64,000 nt of DNA from an uncultured Chloroflexia bacterium (GCA_963707215.1 CAVPPB010000003.1:1408001-1472000), one strand, 5' to 3'; shown: positions 38,200 to 48,258, counted from the stretch's first letter. Numbers and translations: made by a program. The notes: a model not told the origin generated them from the sequence alone.

Positions 38200-38595
38200 C
38201 TATGCCTCGCCGGTCGCCGCTACCAGCTCCGCATGGCGGGCCACCGCCTCGCGCACGAGTCGACCGACGAGGTCCCCATCGACCGGCGAGCCCGTCACCA
38301 GGTCGAGCGTGGCCAGGTGGCTGCTACCCGGCCGGAGGATCCCCTCCCCCTCGCGGAGCATCGTCCCGTAGAGGAACCGCAGGTGGACGCCCTGCTTCGT
38401 CGTGCCCTCGATGGCGCAGATCCAGGTCCGCCAACGGCCGCCCAGGGTGTACGTGAGCATCCGGTACTTGACGGCGCAGGTGAGCTCGGGACCAGCCCCG
38501 CGGACCAGTCGATCGAGCTCTCGGACGACGGGCGTCCGAGCAGGATCCACGCCGGCAAGGTAGTCCTCGAGCGGCGAGGCATCGGAGGTGGTCAT
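38200..38595 (-). CDS. DUF1801 (YdhG-like) domain protein
   Basis: LEDYLA...LDRLVRGAGPELTCAVKY...VHLRFLYG...LVREAV. Confidence 0.75.
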   Translation of the reverse strand: MTTSDASPLEDYLAGVDPARTPVVRELDRLVRGAGPELTCAVKYRMLTYTLGGRWRTWICAIEGTTKQGVHLRFLYGTMLREGEGILRPGSSHLATLDLVTGSPVDGDLVGRLVREAVARHAELVAATGEA

Positions 38596-38709
38596 CGGCG
38601 GGGCTCCTCGGCGGATCGCGGACACGGGTAGGATGGGGCATCCGCCCGGAGGGATCGATGTCGAGCGTCCCGGATCCCGCCACTCCCCACCGGGATCGTC
38701 GCTGATCCG

Positions 38710-39894
38710 ATGCTGACCCGGACCGAGCCGGCCTGCCTGGTCATCGCCGACATCTCCGGCTACAGCGGCTACCTGATCGGGGTCGAGCTCGACCACGCCC
38801 AGGATGTGATCGCCGACCTGATCGACACCGTCGTCGGTGCCCTCCGGCCGTCGCTCAAGCTCGCCAAGCTGGAGGGCGACGCGGCGTTCGTCTACCTGCC
38901 CGCCGCGACCGTGGATGGGCCCGGCTTCCGTGACGTCATCGAGCGCTGCTACTTCGCCTTCCAGCGACGGCTCCGCGACATCCGCCAGGCGTCCACCTGC
39001 GAGTGCAACGCCTGCGATCGCATCCCCAGCCTGGACCTCAAGTTCGTGGCCCATCACGGGACCGTGGCACGACAGCGGATGGCCGGCCAGGACGAGCTGG
39101 TCGGCGGCGACGTCATCGTCGTCCACCGACTGCTCAAGAACCACGTGGTGGGCCAGCTCGACATCCCCGCGTACGCGCTCTTCACCGAGGCGCTGCTTGC
39201 GGCGATGGGCGTCGTCGACCCCGCCGCGGACGGCTTCGTGGAGCATCACGAGACCTACGAGACGGTCGGCGACATCGCCGCCTGGGTCACCGATCTCCAT
39301 GCCGCGTGGGATGCGCAGCGCGAGCGGGACCGGGTCCTGGTCACCGACGAGGACGCCGTCGTGACCGTGACGATCAGAGTCCGGGCCCCCCAGGACGTCG
39401 CCTGGGAGTGGACCACCTCTCCGATCCGGCGGATCCGCTGGGAGGCCGGCCTGACAGACATCGCCGAGGAGCCCGTCGCCGGCCGGCGAGGACGTGGAAC
39501 GGTGAACCACTGCATGCACGGCAAGCAGGTCATCGTTGAGGAGGTCCTCGACTGGCAGCCTCCTCGCCACATCACGAAGCGCATCACGATGCCGATGCGG
39601 GGCATGCCGCGACCGGTCGTGACGATGGAGCTGTCGCCGACGGACGACGGCACGACGATCACCTGGCGGATCGGCCGCCCGAGGTCGGCCAAGGACCGGG
39701 TGATCCTCAAGGCCATGGAGGCCCAGCTCCGGGGCAACGCGGAGCGTGATGCCGCCAGCCTGATCCCGCTCGTCGAGGCCGACGCGGCCGAGCGCCTGGG
39801 CGGCCAGGCCGACGAGCCCGAGGTGGCCGCGGGCCGCGCCCGACATCTTCGTGAGCCGGTGCGCCGCTCGGGCGCGCCGCTCAAGGAGACCTAG
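38710..39894 (+). CDS. DUF2652 (nucleotidyl cyclase-like) plus SRPBCC-domain protein
   Basis: IADISGYSGY, ELDHAQ, KLEGDA, CECNAC, LDLKFVAHHG, DVIVVHRLLKN; C-terminal SRPBCC-like region with HCMHG. Confidence 0.78.
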   Translation: MLTRTEPACLVIADISGYSGYLIGVELDHAQDVIADLIDTVVGALRPSLKLAKLEGDAAFVYLPAATVDGPGFRDVIERCYFAFQRRLRDIRQASTCECNACDRIPSLDLKFVAHHGTVARQRMAGQDELVGGDVIVVHRLLKNHVVGQLDIPAYALFTEALLAAMGVVDPAADGFVEHHETYETVGDIAAWVTDLHAAWDAQRERDRVLVTDEDAVVTVTIRVRAPQDVAWEWTTSPIRRIRWEAGLTDIAEEPVAGRRGRGTVNHCMHGKQVIVEEVLDWQPPRHITKRITMPMRGMPRPVVTMELSPTDDGTTITWRIGRPRSAKDRVILKAMEAQLRGNAERDAASLIPLVEADAAERLGGQADEPEVAAGRARHLREPVRRSGAPLKET

Positions 39895-40015
39895 CCCGAT
39901 CGAGGAGTCGGGCCGTCCACCCCTGTCCGGCCTGACCTGCCCGGGTGGACTACCGTAGGGACGGACCCGCGGTCCGGGCCTTGGCCGGACGGGTCCCGGG
40001 CACGGAGGGTGCGCC

Positions 40016-40960
40016 TTGACCGAGCCGATCCTGGCCGAAGGGCTCACGAAGTACTACGGCAAGCGCCGTGGCCTCGACGGGCTCGACCTGGAGGTCCGCC
40101 GGGGCGAGGTCTACGGCTTCCTCGGGCCCAATGGGGCAGGCAAGACGACGACGATCCGGATCCTGCTCGATCTCATCCGCCCGACGAAGGGGACCGCATC
40201 GGTTCTCGGCGAGGCGCCCCGTCCTGGCGGGACCGCCCTGCGGCGACGGCTCGGCTACCTGCCCGGCGACTTCCTGGTGAACGGCGGCCAGTCGGTCCGC
40301 GAGCTGCTGACGTACCTCGGGAACCTCCGCGGTGGCGTCGCACCGGCACGGATCGAGACGCTCGCCCAACGCTTCGACCTGGAGCTGGCGGCGCGGATCG
40401 GCAGCCTCTCTCGGGGCAATCGCCAGAAGGTCGCGGTCGTCCAGGCCTTCATGCACGAGCCGGAGCTGCTCATCCTCGACGAGCCCACGACCGGACTCGA
40501 TCCGCTCATGCAGCAGCGCTTCCTCGACCTGGTGGGCGAGGCCCGGGCGGCGGGCCAGACCGTCTTCATGTCCTCCCACGTCCTGAGCGAGGTCCAGCAG
40601 AGCGCCGACCGGGTCGGCATCGTCCGGGACGGGAGCATGGTCGCGGTCGAGGCCGTCGAGACGCTCCGCCGGCGGGCCGTCCGCCGGGTCGAGGTCGTCT
40701 TCGACGAGCCCGTTCCTGCCGACACCTTCGCCGGCGTGCCGGACCTGCTCGAGGCGACCGTGGACGGACGGATCCTGCGGGGTCGGCTGGCCGGTCGACC
40801 CGACCCGTTCGTCAAGGCGATCGGACGCTTCGGCGTCGACAGCCTGACCGTGGACGAACCCGACCTGGAGGAGTTGTTCTTCATCTACTACCAGGATCAC
40901 GGCCAGGGCGACGAGCCGGGGCAGGACATCGGCACGAGGGAGGCCGGCGATGCTCCGTAG
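40016..40960 (+). CDS. ABC transporter ATP-binding protein
   Basis: GPNGAGKTT, LSRGNRQK, LILDEPT, SSH. Confidence 0.93.
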   Translation: MTEPILAEGLTKYYGKRRGLDGLDLEVRRGEVYGFLGPNGAGKTTTIRILLDLIRPTKGTASVLGEAPRPGGTALRRRLGYLPGDFLVNGGQSVRELLTYLGNLRGGVAPARIETLAQRFDLELAARIGSLSRGNRQKVAVVQAFMHEPELLILDEPTTGLDPLMQQRFLDLVGEARAAGQTVFMSSHVLSEVQQSADRVGIVRDGSMVAVEAVETLRRRAVRRVEVVFDEPVPADTFAGVPDLLEATVDGRILRGRLAGRPDPFVKAIGRFGVDSLTVDEPDLEELFFIYYQDHGQGDEPGQDIGTREAGDAP

Positions 40961-41744
40961 CGTCTTCGGCAAGGCCCTTTGGGACCAGCGTCGCTCGCTG
41001 CTCGGCTGGGTCGTCGGCATCGCGGGCGTGGGGCTCCTCTACGCGGCCTTCTACCCGGTCGTCAACACGCCCGAGATGCGCGACGCGATCGCGGCCTACC
41101 CGGAGGGCCTCCTCCAGGCGATCGGCTTCACCGACGTCACCTCGGCCGCCGGGTACCTCGGCTCAACGACGTTCGGTCTGCTCGGGCCGGCCCTGGTCAT
41201 CGTCTTCGCGGCCGCCGTCGGAGGATCGGCCATCGCCGGTGACGAGGAGGCCGGCCGCATCGACCTGACCCTGTCCCACCCGGTGTCGCGCTGGAGCCTG
41301 GCCTGGCAGCGGTTCGCGGCGATCGTCGTGGGCATGCTCCTCGCCGGGATCGTGCTGGCCATCGGGCTCGTCGCCATCTCCGGTCCGGCCGACCTGGGCG
41401 AGATCGCCACGGCGAACCTCCTCGCCGCCTCGATCCAGCTGGCGATCATGGGCACCTTCTTCGGGGCCCTCGCACTCGGGATCGGGGCCGCGACCGGGCG
41501 CCGTGCGCTCGTCTACGCCGCCGTGGCCATCGTCGGTGTCGGCGGCTTCCTGGGCTACAACCTCGCCCCCATGGTCGAGGGTCTGGCCTGGCTGGCCGAC
41601 ATCTCGCCGTTCCGCTTCTATCTCGGCGGCGAGCCGCTGGTGAACGGCTTCCAGGTCGTCGACTCGGCGGTCCTCGTGGGGGCCGCCCTCGTGCTGGTGA
41701 CGGCCGGCGGGTTCGCCTTCGACCGGCGCGACCTGGCCGTCTAG
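40950..41744 (+). CDS. ABC-2 type transporter permease
   Basis: IAGDEEAGRIDLTLSHPVSR, about 6 TM segments, FDRRDL. Confidence 0.88.
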   Translation: MLRSVFGKALWDQRRSLLGWVVGIAGVGLLYAAFYPVVNTPEMRDAIAAYPEGLLQAIGFTDVTSAAGYLGSTTFGLLGPALVIVFAAAVGGSAIAGDEEAGRIDLTLSHPVSRWSLAWQRFAAIVVGMLLAGIVLAIGLVAISGPADLGEIATANLLAASIQLAIMGTFFGALALGIGAATGRRALVYAAVAIVGVGGFLGYNLAPMVEGLAWLADISPFRFYLGGEPLVNGFQVVDSAVLVGAALVLVTAGGFAFDRRDLAV

Positions 41745-41841
41745 ACGAGGCAGACCGGGGACCCTTCGGTCCGGAGGACCCTTGGCTGCTGTGCGATGGC
41801 CTCGTACGGTCGTCCGGCGTCCGACCCGAAGGAGGACCGAG

Positions 41842-43287
41842 ATGCGCGTCGTCACGCGATCGCCCTTCGGTCGGCTGGCCGCGGCCGCTGCGCTCACCAT
41901 CGCGCTGGCCGGCTGTGCCGGATCGACCTCCCCAAGCCCGGCTGCCTCACCAGGCGAGGCGGCGCCGTCGCCCTCGCCGGCCGGCGGGCCGATCCCGCTC
42001 ATCGTCGACAATGACATGAGCTTCGACGACGTCATGGCGATCGCCTTCCTGCTGTCCCGGCCCGAGGTCGAGCTCATCGGCATCACGGTCACCGGGACCG
42101 GCATCGCCCACTGCGGCCCGGGTGCCCGCAACGCCCGCGACCTGCTTCACGAACTCGGCGCTCCGGAGGTCCCAACGGCATGCGGATCGGAGGAGCCGCT
42201 GGACGCCGGGCTGCCGTTCCCCGAGCCGTGGAGGGACGGCGCCGACGACATGTTCGGGCTCGGCATCGACGGCCTGCCCGGCACGCCGAAGGCCACCGCG
42301 GTCGAGCTTCTGACCGAGCTGATCGGTGGGTCGGAGCGCCCGGTCACGATCCTGGCGACCGGCCCGTTCACCAATCTCGCCGAAGCCCTCGCGGCCGATC
42401 CCGGCCTGGCCGACGGCATCGAGCGGATCGTCATCATGGGCGGGGCGGTCGACGTGGACGGGAACGCGACCCCGGACGGGAGCCCGGCACCCGCGGAGTG
42501 GAACTTCGCCGCCGACCCGCTGGCCGTCGACGCGGTCTGGAAGGCGGGGATCCCGATGGTCCTCGTCCCGCTCGATGCGACGAACGACGTGCCGATCACC
42601 CGGGCGTTCGTCGACGAGCTGCAGCGCGACACCGCCGCCGGGCCGGCGAACCTCGTCGAGGAGCTCCTCCTGAGGAACGCCTTGTCGATCGACGTCGACT
42701 ACTTCTGGGACGTCCTCGCGGCGATGTGGCTCGTGGAGCCGGGGGTCGTCACCACCGAGGAGACCGCGGTCGCCATCGTCCCCGACGGGGCGGAGGCCGG
42801 TCGATCGGTCCGGTCGGACGACGGGGCCATGGTCACCCTGGCAACGGCCGCCGATCGCCAAGCCTTCGAGTCGACCTTCCTCCAGACACTGCGGTCGGGT
42901 GGCCCGCGGCGCACCCCGTTCGAGCTGAACGGCGAGCTGACGGTCCGGTCCGACGGGACCGACTGCGAGGCTGCAGTGCCGGCGGCGCCGACCGCGGGGA
43001 GCTACACCCTCGAGTTCTCGAACGAGAGCTCGGTCGACATGGCCGCCGTCGCGATCGGCCTGACGGAGGGTTCCACCTGGGACGACCTCGACGCATGGAT
43101 CGCCGACCACCCCGGCTCCATCGACCAGCCCCCGATGGTCGCAGTCAACGGCGTCGTGCTCCCGGCTCCGGGCACCGCCGGATCCGCCCTCGTCGACCTG
43201 GCGCCCGGGGATGCGGCCATCGTCTGCCTCGTCGCGGCGGGAGACCAGCAGGAGGTCATCAGCGGGCCGCGGTTCGTCGTCGAGTAG
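41842..43287 (+). CDS. Lipoprotein nucleoside hydrolase with extra C-terminal beta domain
   Basis: Lipobox LAGC; DNDMSFDD, ATGPFTNLA, MGGAV..GN, AEWN..DP, PLDAT, FWD. Confidence 0.85.
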   Translation: MRVVTRSPFGRLAAAAALTIALAGCAGSTSPSPAASPGEAAPSPSPAGGPIPLIVDNDMSFDDVMAIAFLLSRPEVELIGITVTGTGIAHCGPGARNARDLLHELGAPEVPTACGSEEPLDAGLPFPEPWRDGADDMFGLGIDGLPGTPKATAVELLTELIGGSERPVTILATGPFTNLAEALAADPGLADGIERIVIMGGAVDVDGNATPDGSPAPAEWNFAADPLAVDAVWKAGIPMVLVPLDATNDVPITRAFVDELQRDTAAGPANLVEELLLRNALSIDVDYFWDVLAAMWLVEPGVVTTEETAVAIVPDGAEAGRSVRSDDGAMVTLATAADRQAFESTFLQTLRSGGPRRTPFELNGELTVRSDGTDCEAAVPAAPTAGSYTLEFSNESSVDMAAVAIGLTEGSTWDDLDAWIADHPGSIDQPPMVAVNGVVLPAPGTAGSALVDLAPGDAAIVCLVAAGDQQEVISGPRFVVE

Positions 43288-43290
43288 CCC

Positions 43291-44281
43291 TCAGGCGAGC
43301 CGCTCCCACGGCTCCGAGATGTCGTGGTCGGGACCCATGACCGATCCGTAGAGGGCGTTCGCCTCCGTCGAGTAGCCACCGACGAAGGCCACGAGGCAGC
43401 CCATCCGCTGGAGCCGGTGGAGCGCCTCGAGGATGGTGGCCCGGGCCAGACCGCGGCGACGATGGGCGGCGACCGTCGCGACCGGCTCCAGATACGCGGT
43501 CCGTGACACGTCGTCGAACCAGGCCGTGCAGAACGCCGCGATGGACCCGTCGGCAGCCACCGCGACGATGTCGAGATCGCGCCGATAGGTCGGCGCCTGC
43601 TGGATGTGGTGGTACCAGTCGGGGTGGTCGCGGTTCTCGCGGGCCACGGCGATGTCGTCGCCATGGAAGGCCAGCCCGGACGCGTAGCAGCGCTCCAGCA
43701 GCTCGAGCCCGTCGGCCATCGGGCGGACCTCGTAGCCGGGGATGGCCGGGACGTCGGGAAGGGGTTCGCTGAGGTCACGGCGGTGCTGCCACTCGCCAGC
43801 ACCGGGCCGCTCGAGCCGCCGGAAGCCACGCCGCGCCAGGATGTGCCTGACGGCTCGCGTCCCTGGCGTCGACGAAGACCCGCAGCCGGCGTCGTCCGTC
43901 CGGATACGGGATCGCCAGGCGCTCCTCTGCCACCGCGATCATCGCCTCGTCGAGCTCCGGCGATGCGACCGCCGGATCGACCTGCAGGTGCGCCTCGCCG
44001 GCCCCTCGGGGTTGACGCGCCGCGACGAGCTCGCCCGCGGTCGTCTCCCAGAGGAAGACATGGGCGGCGGGATCGAGGTGTTCGAGATCCGGATTGGCGA
44101 ACCACCACCAGTAGTCGAGCCGGGCGACGTGCCAGGACCGCTGGCGCCGGTCGTTGCGGACCATCGTCCGGCGGAGCAGCTCGCGCAGGCGCCAGTAGTC
44201 CTCGTCGCCGGCAAGCGGTCGCATCGCCAGCCCGGCGGGAGCAACGAGCGTCCCCCCGAGCCGGCCCGGATCGGCGGTCAT
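43291..44281 (-). CDS. GNAT-family acetyltransferase (frameshifted)
   Basis: YLEPVATVAAHRRRGLARA...ANALY at the C-terminus; two ORFs join through indels near 43860. Confidence 0.8.
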
Positions 44282-44395
44282 GGTCGCAAGGTAGGCGGCA
44301 GTGGTCGGTCGGTGACGGGCCGAACGGCGTGTCCGGCCGGACCTTCCTCCTCCCCTGCCGGCAGCGACCCGACGGATCCGGCGCGATCGTCGGCG

Positions 44396-45400
44396 TCAGC
44401 CGGCCGGCGTCAGCCAGACCGGATACTCGGTGACGTTGATCTCGGAGCCGTCGCGGGCCGAGTACTCGAACGCCCGGAGGGTGCCCCACTGGGGACTCGG
44501 GACGTCGTAGCGGAGCTCGGTGCTCCAGGTGCCCCAGCAGCCCATGCCACAGGTGGCCATGACCGTCGCCTTGGCCAGGACGCGGTCCGCCGCGTCGAGG
44601 AGCTGGACCTGCGAGGTCGCCTCGAACGCGTTGGAGAGCCCGGACACGCGGCCCGGGTTGCCGAGCGCGGCGCCCCACGCGGGCCGATCGATGAACACCA
44701 GCGACAGCTGCTCGGTGTAGTCCTCGCGCCCGACGGGCTGATCCAGGATGACGCCCTCGCCGCTGAAGACGGTGACCGGCTCACCATCGAGCTCGAAGCG
44801 GACGGCGTCGACGGTCGGGAACTGGGTGAGCGTGTAGACGACCTGCGCCAGGCGGGCGAAGACCGAGGCGCTGCCGCCGCCGGATTCGAACTCCCGCGAC
44901 AGGTCGACGGTCGCGATCCGGTCGTCGATCCGGAGGCCCAGGAGCCGGGTCCCGGCCGGGATGGCGCTCGTCAGTGCCGGGTCGGCGGCACGCTCTCGCG
45001 CCGATGGCCCGACGAGGAGCTGCTGCATCGCGGCGGTGCCCACGGCCACGGTCTTCGGCACCTCGCGGAGCACCGGCGCCAGGCCCGGATCGCCGGTCGA
45101 GCTGCCGAGCATGAAGTAGGCGCGGACGATGGTCGTGCCGGCCGGCGACGCGGCCGGGGTCGGCGTAGCGGACGGGGACGGCGAGACCGGCGGGGACGGC
45201 GGTGGGACGTCCGGCTGGGTCGGATCGGGCGACGAAGCCGAGGGCAGGGGCGTCGGCTCGGGCGAGCCGGGCTCGAGCGAGGGGACGTCGGACGGTGGCG
45301 GTGTGGCCGGCGGGCCGAGCGTGCCGCTCGGCGCCGTGCAGGCGGCTAGCAGGACAAGCGTGGAGACGAGGGCGACGAGGAGGCGGGCGGAGCGGGTCAT
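44396..45400 (-). CDS. GerMN + Gmad2 domain lipoprotein
   Basis: Lipobox LAAC; LLVGP..E, ATVDLSREF..GGGS, AQVVYTLTQFPTV; SNAFEAT. Confidence 0.85.
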   Translation of the reverse strand: MTRSARLLVALVSTLVLLAACTAPSGTLGPPATPPPSDVPSLEPGSPEPTPLPSASSPDPTQPDVPPPSPPVSPSPSATPTPAASPAGTTIVRAYFMLGSSTGDPGLAPVLREVPKTVAVGTAAMQQLLVGPSARERAADPALTSAIPAGTRLLGLRIDDRIATVDLSREFESGGGSASVFARLAQVVYTLTQFPTVDAVRFELDGEPVTVFSGEGVILDQPVGREDYTEQLSLVFIDRPAWGAALGNPGRVSGLSNAFEATSQVQLLDAADRVLAKATVMATCGMGCWGTWSTELRYDVPSPQWGTLRAFEYSARDGSEINVTEYPVWLTPAG

Positions 45401-46872
45401 GGCTCGGGCCTTGGTGCGGGTTCCGACGCACCGTCAGCCTCGCTCATGGACGTCACCGGCCCATCGCGGGCGGGTAACGATCGCGTATCGCTCACGGGCA
45501 GGTCGAGCACGAAGCGCAGGCCGCCGCCGGGTCTCGCCTCGGCCCGAAGCTCGGCGCCGAGCAGGGCGGCGTGCTCGGCGGCGATGGCCAGGCCCAGCCC
45601 GGAGCTGCCACCGCGGCGGGACGGATCGACCTTGTAGAACCGCTCGAAGAGACGGGGCAGGACGTCGTCAGGGACCCCCCGGCCGCGGTCGGCCACGGTG
45701 ACCTCCGCGCCATCCGGCGTCCTCGTGAGCGCCACCTCGACCGGCGAGCCGGGGGCGTGGGCCCGGGCATTGTCCAGCAGGTTGCCCAGGATCCGGTCGA
45801 GCCGGCGCGGGTCGGACTCCACGATGACCGGGTCCGGCGGGACGATGACCGCCGCCTCCCGCAGCCGGGCGGCCACGACGGCGCCGACGAGCGCGCCCAG
45901 GTCGATGATGGCCGGCTCGGGCCTCTCGGCGTCGGCATCGAACCGCGAGATCTCCATCAGGTCCTCGACCAGCACCCGGAGCCGACGAACGTCGGCAACC
46001 AGCAGCTCGGCCGCCCGACGGGTGTCCGCCGAGAGCTCGTCCATCCCCTGCTCGATCAGCGACGCTTCCGCGACGAGGGCAGCGAGCGGGGTCCGCAGCT
46101 CGTGCGACACGTCGGCGACGAAGCGGCGGTTCTGCCGCTGGGCCTCCTCGAGCTCGCCGATGGTGTGCTCGAGCGAATCGGCCATCCGGTCGAACTCGGC
46201 CGCCAGTCGCCCGAGCTCGTCGGCGCCGCGAACGCCCACCCGCGCCGACAGGTCGCCGGCCGCGATCCGGCTCGCCGCCTCGCCCGCCGCGTGGACCGGT
46301 CGCAGGATGCCCCGGGCGATGGCGCCGGCGGTGAGCAGGGCCAGCACCGCGGCGATCGCGCCGCCGGCCAGAAGCCCGACCCGAAGCTGGCCCAGGGCCG
46401 CGTCGACGACATCGGCCGGGAAGATGAAGTAGAGCGCCGGAGGCGAGGCGCCCTGGCGTCCGCCGACGACGAGGACCGATCGACCGGCGAGCGGCTGCCA
46501 TGAGTATGCGAGCTGGCCTGCGTCCACCGCGTCTCGCATGCTCGGTGGCAGCGCATCGAGGGCGCCGGCGAGCGAGCCCGCCGAGACGTACGGATCGCCG
46601 TCACCGAAGTCCGCCACCGTCTCAACGTCGCCGCGGAGCCGGAATGCCTCGACGAGACCGCTGGACGCGAGGGCTGCGGCGTCGGTCGGCGCCGGCTGCA
46701 CCCCCGGAAGCAGGACCGAGAGGTTGAAGTCCGCCTGCTGGCGGGCCTCTGCGAGGAGCTGGTCGCGCAGCGAGGCCTCGACGAAGACGTAGGTCCCGAC
46801 GCCGATCGCCGCCACCGTCACCACGACCAGGCCGACGAGGGCGACGGCGAGGCGGGTCCGGATGCCGCCCAT
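45397..46872 (-). CDS. Sensor histidine kinase (MtrB/CseC-like)
   Basis: HAMP domain; DVSHELRTPL, NLLDNA, DRGRG, FERFYK, GLGLAIA. Confidence 0.92.
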   Translation of the reverse strand: MGGIRTRLAVALVGLVVVTVAAIGVGTYVFVEASLRDQLLAEARQQADFNLSVLLPGVQPAPTDAAALASSGLVEAFRLRGDVETVADFGDGDPYVSAGSLAGALDALPPSMRDAVDAGQLAYSWQPLAGRSVLVVGGRQGASPPALYFIFPADVVDAALGQLRVGLLAGGAIAAVLALLTAGAIARGILRPVHAAGEAASRIAAGDLSARVGVRGADELGRLAAEFDRMADSLEHTIGELEEAQRQNRRFVADVSHELRTPLAALVAEASLIEQGMDELSADTRRAAELLVADVRRLRVLVEDLMEISRFDADAERPEPAIIDLGALVGAVVAARLREAAVIVPPDPVIVESDPRRLDRILGNLLDNARAHAPGSPVEVALTRTPDGAEVTVADRGRGVPDDVLPRLFERFYKVDPSRRGGSSGLGLAIAAEHAALLGAELRAEARPGGGLRFVLDLPVSDTRSLPARDGPVTSMSEADGASEPAPRPEP

Positions 46873-46875
46873 GGC

Positions 46876-47592
46876 CTAGGTCGGCGCCGCGTCGGGCAGG
46901 TCACTCGGTCGGGCGGCCCGGTAGCCCGCACCGCGCACCGTGAGGACCAGCTCAGGATGGCCTGGATCCCGCTCGATCTTGGCCCGCAGCCGGCCGATCG
47001 CGACGTCGACCAGGCGCGAGTCGCCGAGGTAGTCGTAGCCCCAGACGTGGTCGAGCAGGACCTCGCGGGTGAACACGCGGCCGGGGTGGCGAGCCAGCTC
47101 GACCAGCAGGTCGAACTCGGTCCGGGTCAGCGCGATCTCGCTGCCGTCCCGCTCGACCGAGCGACCGGCGGGGTCGATCCGAAGCGGCCCGAGAAGGATC
47201 GCGACGCTCCCCACCTCGCCCGCACTCGGCGCGCGGCGGCGGAGGGCCGCCCGGACCCGGGCGACCAGCTCCGGCATCTCGAAGGGCTTGCGGACGTAGT
47301 CGTCGGCGCCGGCCTCCAGGCCGACGACGACGTCGATCGTGTCGCCCCGCGCGGTGAGCATGACGACCGGGGTCGTTGACTCGCGGCGGATCTCGCGGCA
47401 GACCTCCAGGCCATCGAGCCGGGGCAGCATCACGTCGAGGAGGACCAGGTCCGGGCGTTCAGCCCGCCAGCGTTCGAGCCCCTCGGCCCCGTCGGCGGCC
47501 GTGCCGACGGTGAAGCCGGCGCCTCGCAACCCGATCGCCGTGATCTCGCGGATCGACGGGTCGTCCTCGACGAGCAGGATCCGAGCGTCCAT
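46876..47592 (-). CDS. OmpR-family response regulator (MtrA/CseB-like)
   Basis: LLVEDD, LDVMLP, DTIDVVVGLEAGADDY, YLGDSRLVDV. Confidence 0.93.
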   Translation of the reverse strand: MDARILLVEDDPSIREITAIGLRGAGFTVGTAADGAEGLERWRAERPDLVLLDVMLPRLDGLEVCREIRRESTTPVVMLTARGDTIDVVVGLEAGADDYVRKPFEMPELVARVRAALRRRAPSAGEVGSVAILLGPLRIDPAGRSVERDGSEIALTRTEFDLLVELARHPGRVFTREVLLDHVWGYDYLGDSRLVDVAIGRLRAKIERDPGHPELVLTVRGAGYRAARPSDLPDAAPT

Positions 47593-47724
47593 CAGCGACG
47601 AGTATGCGGCGCCGGTCCGTCACCGACGAGGGCCGGACGGCGGAACACGCCACGGCCGGCCTCGGCCGAGCTTCGGCGGACGCCGACCCGCCCGTCGGCC
47701 AGGTTGGCCTATACTCGGCCGCGC

Positions 47725-47799
47725 GCCGACATAGCTCAGCGGTAGAGCAGCTGTTTCGTAAACAGCAGGTCCTCGGTTCGAATCCGAGTGTCGGCTCCA
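47725..47799 (+). tRNA. tRNA-Thr (anticodon CGT)
   Basis: Acceptor stem GCCGACA/TGTCGGC, D arm TAGCTCAGCGGTAGAGC, anticodon arm GCTGT-TTCGTAA-ACAGC, T loop GGTTCGAATCC, encoded CCA; TATACT at 47710-47715. Confidence 0.97.
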
Positions 47800-47812
47800 A
47801 TGGAACGTGACC

Positions 47813-47840
47813 GAAGACCCGGCCTCATGGCCGGGTCTTC
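47813..47840 (+). terminator. Intrinsic terminator after tRNA
   Basis: gaagacccggcc-tcat-ggccgggtcttc followed by TT. Confidence 0.75.
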
Positions 47841-47988
47841 TTGGGCGTTCAAGGAGGGCGACGGGCGTCGGCGACCTGCCGGGCCGCCAGCGAGTCCCTG
47901 GGTCACGAAACCATGATGACCGACGACGTGCCCGCGAGGCGTGGGCCCGCTTACATCCGTCCGCCCGCCGCCGACCGAACATCAGGGC

Positions 47989-48258
47989 ATGGACCTGCTT
48001 CGATCGCTGGGCGGCGCGCGGACCGCCTGTCCACATGTCCCCGACACCTTGCCAGCTCCCTCGGGCAGCAAGTGCGAGGAGTGCGGGAGCGGCTTCAGCC
48101 TGCGTATGTGCACGACCTGTGGCCACGTCGGCTGCTGCGAATCGCAGGCGGGCCACGCTCGGGCCCACGCCCTGACAGATGGGCACCCGGTCATCAGGGC
48201 GATGCCGGTGGAGCGCGGCTTCACCTGGTGCTACGAGGAGAGCGCCTATGTCGATTGA
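47989..48258 (+). CDS. UBP-type zinc finger protein
   Basis: CPH...CEEC...LRMCTTCGHVGCCES..HARAH...WCY. Confidence 0.88.
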   Translation: MDLLRSLGGARTACPHVPDTLPAPSGSKCEECGSGFSLRMCTTCGHVGCCESQAGHARAHALTDGHPVIRAMPVERGFTWCYEESAYVD

